This document shows, one piece after another, positions 58,128 through 64,000 of a DNA stretch of 64,000 bases. How positions within the stretch are numbered: position 1 is the stretch's first letter; each line of letters starts with the position of its first letter. The DNA lies in the IMG/VR virus record IMGVR_UViG_3300042400_000444. One strand, given 5' to 3'. This stretch comes from a virus. Taxonomy: Duplodnaviria; Heunggongvirae; Uroviricota; Caudoviricetes. The position numbers and the translations under genes were made by a program. The notes under the pieces were generated by a model that did no database searches, was not told where the DNA came from, and saw only the letters and a program-made list of their open reading frames with translations.

Positions 58128-59225
58128 ATGGCTGGCTTTATTAACCAATTCTTTACTGATTTAGCAACAGGACCTGATTTACGTGATCAGCAACATGCCG
58201 CACGAACCTTTGTTGATAGTTTATATAGACTTGGTCCAAAGTCCGGCGCACTATTTCATGTATTCATAGAAGTCGATTCAGCAATACCTCGTGGTACCGG
58301 CGACGAATCTGAAATTGGATTAATGGCTAAATCAGTTACATTGCCTAAATTTACAATTCAAAACAAAATTTTAAATGCATATAATAGAAAAAATATAGTT
58401 CAGGAACGTATTAATTACGACCCACTAACATTAACATTTCATGATGATAGTGCCGATGTTGTTCGCGGATTTTGGGAAAGCTATTACAAATATTATTTTA
58501 GAGATAGTGATCGGACCGAAAAACAATTTGTAGCACCGCACAAATATCAACAAAGATCATCTGAAACATGGGGCTATAGCCCCCAGAATAGTCAGTCAGG
58601 TGATATTCCAAATTATATTAAAACAATTAAAATTTATAGTTTGCATCAAAAACACTTTAGTAGTTACACATTATGGAAACCGACTATTGTTAATTTTGCT
58701 CATGGACAACATACAGCAGGTGAATATACTACACTAGAGCATAGTATGACTGTTAATTATGAAGCCGTTCAGTATGATAAAGGAACAGTTAACCAAGGCA
58801 AAGTAATAGGCTTTCAACGTACTCATTATGATAATACGCCTAGCCCGTTAAAAGCTGCCGGCGGCGGCACACAAAGTATATTAGGAGCAGGCGGACTAAT
58901 TGAAGGCGGCCAGGATATATTTAATAATTTAGCCGCTGGTAATTTTGGTGCAGCTGCTATAACCGCATTACGTGTCGGACATAATGCTAAAAACATGAAT
59001 TTAAAATCAGCTGCATCGGCTGAACTTAAACAAACTGCAATGAATATTTTAAGAGGACAAAATACACAGAGTACAGTATTTGTTCCAACACAAGGTGCTA
59101 TTGCGGACGGATTGTCAAAAGCGGTACATTCGATTCCAGGACTTATTAAGCCGATGACGGGTATTAATAATATGAATTCACAAAGCAATGTAGTTTCGAG
59201 CGGTATTCCTGGTATAAACAAATAA
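58128..59225 (+). CDS. Tube-fold paralog (gp54/gp48/gp19-like)
   Basis: AKSVTLPKFTIQNKILNAYNRKNIVQERINYDPLTLTFHDD...MTVNYE is a tube-type motif; ATAAATA at 58102-58108. Confidence 0.6.
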   Translation: MAGFINQFFTDLATGPDLRDQQHAARTFVDSLYRLGPKSGALFHVFIEVDSAIPRGTGDESEIGLMAKSVTLPKFTIQNKILNAYNRKNIVQERINYDPLTLTFHDDSADVVRGFWESYYKYYFRDSDRTEKQFVAPHKYQQRSSETWGYSPQNSQSGDIPNYIKTIKIYSLHQKHFSSYTLWKPTIVNFAHGQHTAGEYTTLEHSMTVNYEAVQYDKGTVNQGKVIGFQRTHYDNTPSPLKAAGGGTQSILGAGGLIEGGQDIFNNLAAGNFGAAAITALRVGHNAKNMNLKSAASAELKQTAMNILRGQNTQSTVFVPTQGAIADGLSKAVHSIPGLIKPMTGINNMNSQSNVVSSGIPGINK

Positions 59226-59234
59226 AGGAACATT

Positions 59235-59858
59235 ATGGCAATTACTGGAAATTTACCAACATCTACTACTATAAATGATAACACTACACAGTATTTTAAT
59301 AATTTTTTTAATCCTGGAGTGAATGTTACTCAAAATGTCGACGATTCATTGGTTGGCTTTTTTCAATCTATTACAGGCAATAAAGACAGTGGTAGGACAC
59401 TAGCAGCGTCGGTCCTATACACAGCATCCAGCCAAGGATTAGATGTAATGTCGTTTATTGATGAATTGCGTAGTCTTAAAAAAGGCGGCCGAATCGAACA
59501 TAAAGAACAGATAGATAGTAGTTCAGTTAATGCTGAATATAATACATATCAAGATATATTACTTAATATGAATGATTTTATGCAAGGACAATTGTTTTAC
59601 ACTACGCAACAAAATGTATTTTATAAATTGCATTCGGATACTATAGTAGCGGTTACTGGATATAAAGCAGACCGTGTAGTAGTAAGTAAAGACAATGTTA
59701 TATATCAGTATTTTATATTATCTTATACCCAAGAACAAAACGAACTCAATGCATATTTAACATTGTTGTTAAATCTTAATAGAGTAAATACTAGTTTACT
59801 TGGGCTTAGTAACAGTCCTCAACTAAACAAATATATAGCTCGTGCTATACTTCCGTAA
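59235..59858 (+). CDS. Hypothetical late protein (207 aa)
   Basis: AAGGA RBS; coupled to the gp4-like gene by a TAATG overlap. Confidence 0.65.
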   Translation: MAITGNLPTSTTINDNTTQYFNNFFNPGVNVTQNVDDSLVGFFQSITGNKDSGRTLAASVLYTASSQGLDVMSFIDELRSLKKGGRIEHKEQIDSSSVNAEYNTYQDILLNMNDFMQGQLFYTTQQNVFYKLHSDTIVAVTGYKADRVVVSKDNVIYQYFILSYTQEQNELNAYLTLLLNLNRVNTSLLGLSNSPQLNKYIARAILP

Positions 59859-60289
59859 TGGCAAAATACGCAAACGGTAAATATCAAATAATCAACACTG
59901 AGAAATATATCGGTAAACGTCTACCAACATATAGATCAAGTTGGGAATTCACGTTTATGAGTTTTTGCGACAACAACCCATCTATTATTAACTGGGCAAG
60001 TGAAGCAATTACTATTCCGTATCGCAACCCAGTAACTGGCAAGAACACGGTATATATTCCGGACTTTCTTGTAGTCTACTTAGATGCAAACCAACAACGT
60101 CATACTGAACTTATTGAAATTAAGCCTAGTAAAGAAACAACAATGGAAGCGGCTAAAAGCTATCGCGACAAACTATCTGTAGCAATCAACATGGCTAAGT
60201 GGGCAATGGCAGATCAATGGGCTAAAGCACACGGCATGCGTTTTAGAGTAGTATCAGAATTTGATTTGTACCGCAACGTAAAGAGATAA
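59858..60289 (+). CDS. gp4: Head completion nuclease, gp4-like (TnsA-type PD-(D/E)xK)
   Basis: YRSSWEFTFMSFCD...WASE...IPY...YIPDFLV...ELIEIKP...N.AKW..A..W is the gp4 pattern. Confidence 0.85.
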   Translation: MAKYANGKYQIINTEKYIGKRLPTYRSSWEFTFMSFCDNNPSIINWASEAITIPYRNPVTGKNTVYIPDFLVVYLDANQQRHTELIEIKPSKETTMEAAKSYRDKLSVAINMAKWAMADQWAKAHGMRFRVVSEFDLYRNVKR

Positions 60290-60311
60290 ATATATTAACA
60301 TAGGAGTTAAT

Positions 60312-61109
60312 ATGTTTATTGAAAATAAGTACACACGTTGGTATAATAATATTATTGATGCGGCTCGACTGCGTGTATTAGCAGATACATATACAGAAAA
60401 ACACCATATAATACCTCGATGCTTAGGCGGCACTAACTCGCACGATAATTTAGTTACACTTACTGCTCGCGAGCATTTTGTTTGTCACTTGTTATTAACA
60501 AAAATGACAACAGGTAAGAATAGATACAAAATGTCAAAAGCATTAACTATGATTATGAGTATACGCAGAATAGGTGAACGTACAACATATATTATAAACG
60601 GACATTGGTATGCACGTGCAAGAATGTTAGCACATAAAGTAAGAGCAGATTACTGGACAGATGATAAGCGAATAGCTCAATCTATTAGAACAACTAATTA
60701 TTTTGCTACAGTAGATAAAACAACAGACAAATACAAGCAACGTGGGAATGGTGCACGTGAATATAACTTACATAAAACATGGACAGAAAAAGCAATAGCT
60801 TCTAGACTAGAAAATTGTTTAAAAAATGCCGCTAAACGAAAAGGCACAAAAAATCCAGCACAATCTATTAGAATGACCGGTACTATTCAATCAGTAGAAG
60901 CAAATACTAAACGATCACTTGCACTTAAGGGAAGAAAAACATCTACAGGAACATTAGGTCATAAGTTTTCTGAAGATACAAAACAAAAAATGTCAGAATC
61001 ACAGAAAAATCAACCAATACAAGTTTGTCCGCACTGTAATAAAAGTATACGCGGTGGCGCATATAATAGATGGCATGGTGATAACTGTATACTAAATACT
61101 AGACTATGA
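60312..61109 (+). mobile_element. HNH homing endonuclease with NUMOD3 repeats
   Basis: MFIENKYTRWY...EKHHIIPRCLGGTNSHDNLVTLTAREHFVCHLLL; GHKFSEDTKQKMS; C-terminal CPHC...RWHGDNC; ATAAATA at 60286-60292. Confidence 0.85.
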
Positions 61110-61612
61110 CACAACAACTACAAGAACTTTTTAATCTAGCTCCTACCGAAGAACCCACAGTAGAAGAAGTAAACAACACAATTGAAGAAAATCAAGCCAT
61201 GCTGGCAGAAATAGATCTTACAATTGATAAGATTGATGCCGCACTGCCACACGTCAACGACCTTGATACTACAGACAACGAGTTAGACGAACTTGCTAAA
61301 TTAGCAACTGATAAGTTCAATGACTTAATAGACTTAGGTATGAACGTCGAAGCACGGTTTAGTGGAACAATACTGCAAACAGCAGGTACACTACTAGGTC
61401 ATGCCATTACAGCTAAACAGGCTAAAATTGATAGAAAGATACGTACAATTGATCTACAACTTAAAAAAATGCGTTTGGATCAGCAAGCGGCCAAAGATGC
61501 TAGCAAGACAGACGGCGATAAATTGCTTGATGCAGTAGATGGCAGCGGTGGTGTAGTACTTGATAGAAACGCACTGTTAGCACAGATATTAGGCAAAAGC
61601 AAGCCAGATTAA
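61106..61612 (+). CDS. Hypothetical helical protein (168 aa); possibly a small terminase subunit
   Basis: Acidic helical N-terminus and coiled-coil centre. The function is a positional and compositional guess only. Confidence 0.4.
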   Translation: MTQQLQELFNLAPTEEPTVEEVNNTIEENQAMLAEIDLTIDKIDAALPHVNDLDTTDNELDELAKLATDKFNDLIDLGMNVEARFSGTILQTAGTLLGHAITAKQAKIDRKIRTIDLQLKKMRLDQQAAKDASKTDGDKLLDAVDGSGGVVLDRNALLAQILGKSKPD

Positions 61613-61654
61613 AACAGCAATTTTGAATAAATAACTGTAAGGATATATAAAACT

Positions 61655-62260
61655 ATGAAGAATTTTCTACAACATTTAACTGAAAGTCACAAGACTTATG
61701 AGTTTCGCATTAAGATTGCCAACATTGATCCAGCGGAGAAATTAGCAGCATTAGAAGCGGCACTTGATGCTTATGGATTAGAAAGTCTTAGCAAAGCTAA
61801 ACGTTTGCCAATTAAATCCAGCGACATCGATTTTCCAAGTATGGCAAATTGTCAAATTTATCTAATGGACGTTGTGCTTACATATCCAGTAAATGATGCA
61901 CAATTGCGTGCTATTGTTAGTGAGCGTGCAGGTATACCACAGAGTAATATTGTTGTAACTACACCAAATCACCCAGAAGAACAACGTCGTTGGGATTTAG
62001 AAGGTAACGATGTACGTGAATTTAAAAAAGGTGAAGCAGTATTAGATAAAGAATACTCAGCTGATGAATGTGCTAGTGGTGAAGAAGCCAGTAAAGCATA
62101 CAGCCAAGGTAGTTTTCTTAAAGAATTAAACAAAGTTAAGATTGAAATTGCTGGTAACGAACCAGCAGACGGTAAAACAACAAATGATTTACCACAAGGA
62201 ACACAAAGCCCAGTGGGCTCAGTACAAAATAAAATACCAAGTCCAGTTAAAGGAAAATAA
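61655..62260 (+). CDS. Hypothetical late protein (201 aa), possibly head-internal
   Basis: Starts MKNFLQHLTE, which resembles T4-type capsid-targeting leaders ending in (I/L)xE; ATAAATA at 61627-61633. Confidence 0.6.
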   Translation: MKNFLQHLTESHKTYEFRIKIANIDPAEKLAALEAALDAYGLESLSKAKRLPIKSSDIDFPSMANCQIYLMDVVLTYPVNDAQLRAIVSERAGIPQSNIVVTTPNHPEEQRRWDLEGNDVREFKKGEAVLDKEYSADECASGEEASKAYSQGSFLKELNKVKIEIAGNEPADGKTTNDLPQGTQSPVGSVQNKIPSPVKGK

Positions 62261-62264
62261 TAAA

Positions 62265-64000
62265 ATGAGCAACAACATCTACAACATCTTAGGCAAATTA
62301 AAAGGCATTACTGATAATGCTGCATTAACGCCAGATACAGAAGCTACTACAGTCTACGAAAGCGTAGATGCACGTGGTAGCATCACCGAAGCAGTTAAAA
62401 GTTTAGAAGCAAAATATCAAACTTTTAAAGAAGCTGCCGCTAAACCAGACTTTTTAGATGTTGACAAAGATGGTGATAAAGCAGAGCCATTTAAGAAAGC
62501 TGTTAAAGATAAGAACAATGCTAAAGGTGCCTTTAAAGATATGTTCGGCGGCGACGCAAAAGACCTAACCAGCAAATTAAAAATTAAAGAAGGAATGGAC
62601 GATTTAACTGACTTAGATAGTTATCAATTTGCTGACCCGGATACAGATACAGCGATTAAACCAGCAACAGCTAAACAAGCTGCCGCCGAAAAACGTCGTC
62701 GATTACAAGATATTGAAGATCGTCGAGCAGAAAAAGACGACTGGTTTAGCGGTAAAGATGCAGAGCCTAATGTTCGTATTCATCAAGCAAAATACCAAGA
62801 TGAGCCAGAAGAGTTAGACGAATTAACTACAGCTACAGGTGGCGTTGTCACTAAGCAAGGTAATGTGACTACTCATAAAGGCAAAAAATATGGCGGTGAA
62901 GAAGAACAAGACCGTCGTGAAAAAGATATTATGGATCGTAAAGACCGTTACAACGTAGTTGATGTAGGCGACGATGAAGATTTAGATGAAGTAGCACCTC
63001 CAGGCGCTAAAGCTGAACGTATGGTTAAACATATTAAGAAAGGTTATGCTAAAGATGGCAAACTAACAGACAAAGAAAAAGCTATTGCTTATGCTACAAC
63101 ATGGGCTGCACATAACAAAGGCCAAGTAGAAGAAGGCGTTGAGTTTAAAGACGCAGGCAAAATTAAAAATTCTGCTGCTAACATGAAAAAAGCTAAGTTA
63201 GCTAAAGTAACTGAAAGCCGTGTAATGGAAGAAACAGATTACTTCTATGAGCAAGTTGCCAAAGCATTATGCGAAAAAAATCCTAATTTAAATACAGCAG
63301 GAAGCGAATTTGCTGATGCTGTACGTAAAGAAATGGTAGCACAAGGTATTCAACCTAACCGTGCAAGAAACATTTTACTAATGGACGAAGATTTCTTAGG
63401 TGATGTAGCAACATCATATAGCCACTACTGTAAAGAAGTTGCTGAATGTGGTGCTCCAATGAATAGTCACTTAGGTGGTGTATCAGAATTAGATGAAATT
63501 GCTGCATTAGCTGGACTACCTGCTCCGATGCAAGAAGCAGATATACAACACGAAATTGGTCTAGAAAGATCTAGCTTAGAAGAGTTAGATGAAAGCACAA
63601 TTAATGAAGCCGCTAGCCGCAAAGACTTCCGTATGGTAGCAGATTTAATTAAAAATATTCCAGATGAAGCTAAACGTAAAGAATTAGCACAACATCACGC
63701 TGATATATTTAAACAACAAAATCCACGCTTCAGCCATGATAAATTCTATGCTGCCGCAGGTGTTGTTAATGAAGCTGAAATGGCAGAAGGCAATGAATTC
63801 TCAGGCGCATTAGCGGCTGCTAAAGCAAGCGGTGCTAAAGAGTTCGAAGTTGCTGGTAAACGTTACACAGTTAAAGAAGATATTAATGTTAACATTACTG
63901 CCAACGGAGAAGAGGATGCACTTAATCTATTCCGTAAACTAGCTGGTATGCAACCAACGGTTGCAGTACAAAATCCAAAGTCAGATGTACGTGATGTTGA
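62265..64000 (+). CDS. Modular acidic internal head protein (partial; runs off the window's right end)
   Basis: Manual translation from ATG 62265 (MSNNIYNILGKLKG...) stays open for 578 codons to the window end; AAGGA upstream; absent from the ORF track. Confidence 0.8.
   Translation, partial: MSNNIYNILGKLKGITDNAALTPDTEATTVYESVDARGSITEAVKSLEAKYQTFKEAAAKPDFLDVDKDGDKAEPFKKAVKDKNNAKGAFKDMFGGDAKDLTSKLKIKEGMDDLTDLDSYQFADPDTDTAIKPATAKQAAAEKRRRLQDIEDRRAEKDDWFSGKDAEPNVRIHQAKYQDEPEELDELTTATGGVVTKQGNVTTHKGKKYGGEEEQDRREKDIMDRKDRYNVVDVGDDEDLDEVAPPGAKAERMVKHIKKGYAKDGKLTDKEKAIAYATTWAAHNKGQVEEGVEFKDAGKIKNSAANMKKAKLAKVTESRVMEETDYFYEQVAKALCEKNPNLNTAGSEFADAVRKEMVAQGIQPNRARNILLMDEDFLGDVATSYSHYCKEVAECGAPMNSHLGGVSELDEIAALAGLPAPMQEADIQHEIGLERSSLEELDESTINEAASRKDFRMVADLIKNIPDEAKRKELAQHHADIFKQQNPRFSHDKFYAAAGVVNEAEMAEGNEFSGALAAAKASGAKEFEVAGKRYTVKEDINVNITANGEEDALNLFRKLAGMQPTVAVQNPKSDVRDV

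Noticed and set aside
62629-62817. 62-aa ORF in the track near the right end, and 66-aa ORF at 64-264 near the left end
   Set aside because: Both are out-of-frame overlaps within the longer partial ORFs at 62265-64000 and 1-1366.
1-64000. Alternative genetic code (stop codon reassignment), as seen in some large phages
   Set aside because: All core genes are full length under the standard code, and both TGA and TAG are used as real stops (for example 18953 and 26765).

Overview
A 64-kb segment of an AT-rich, T4-related (Tevenvirinae-like but distant) large myovirus genome, read with the standard genetic code. It holds most of the virion morphogenesis module: baseplate (gp6, gp25, gp5, hub, gp53, gp26-like), tape measure, portal gp20, prohead core, protease gp21, scaffold gp22, major capsid gp23, a cluster of fibre or appendage proteins including a 2485-aa repeat protein, neck gp13/gp14/gp15, sheath gp18, tube gp19 and gp4. 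It also carries the late sigma factor gp55, the gp47/gp46 nuclease pair, two radical SAM enzymes, an Hc1-like protein, a GIY-YIG protein, a Nudix hydrolase, a dNMP kinase and five free-standing HNH genes. Two promoter classes are visible: a late (A/C)TAAATA box and near-consensus sigma70 promoters. The strongest leads are (1) a sigma70-driven, multi-helix non-coding region of about 450-550 nt at 18985-19545; (2) a T TTT TTC -1 slippery site fusing the gp26-like ORF to a start-less downstream ORF beside the tape measure gene; (3) an HNH insertion that left a relic gp46 N-terminus and supplied a recoded replacement; (4) a CstII/Maf-like glycosyltransferase coupled to the giant Thr/Ser-rich fibre; and (5) a modular internal head protein with many putative protease sites. 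All family assignments come from motif recognition by eye; no database search was run. No tRNA or CRISPR array was seen.
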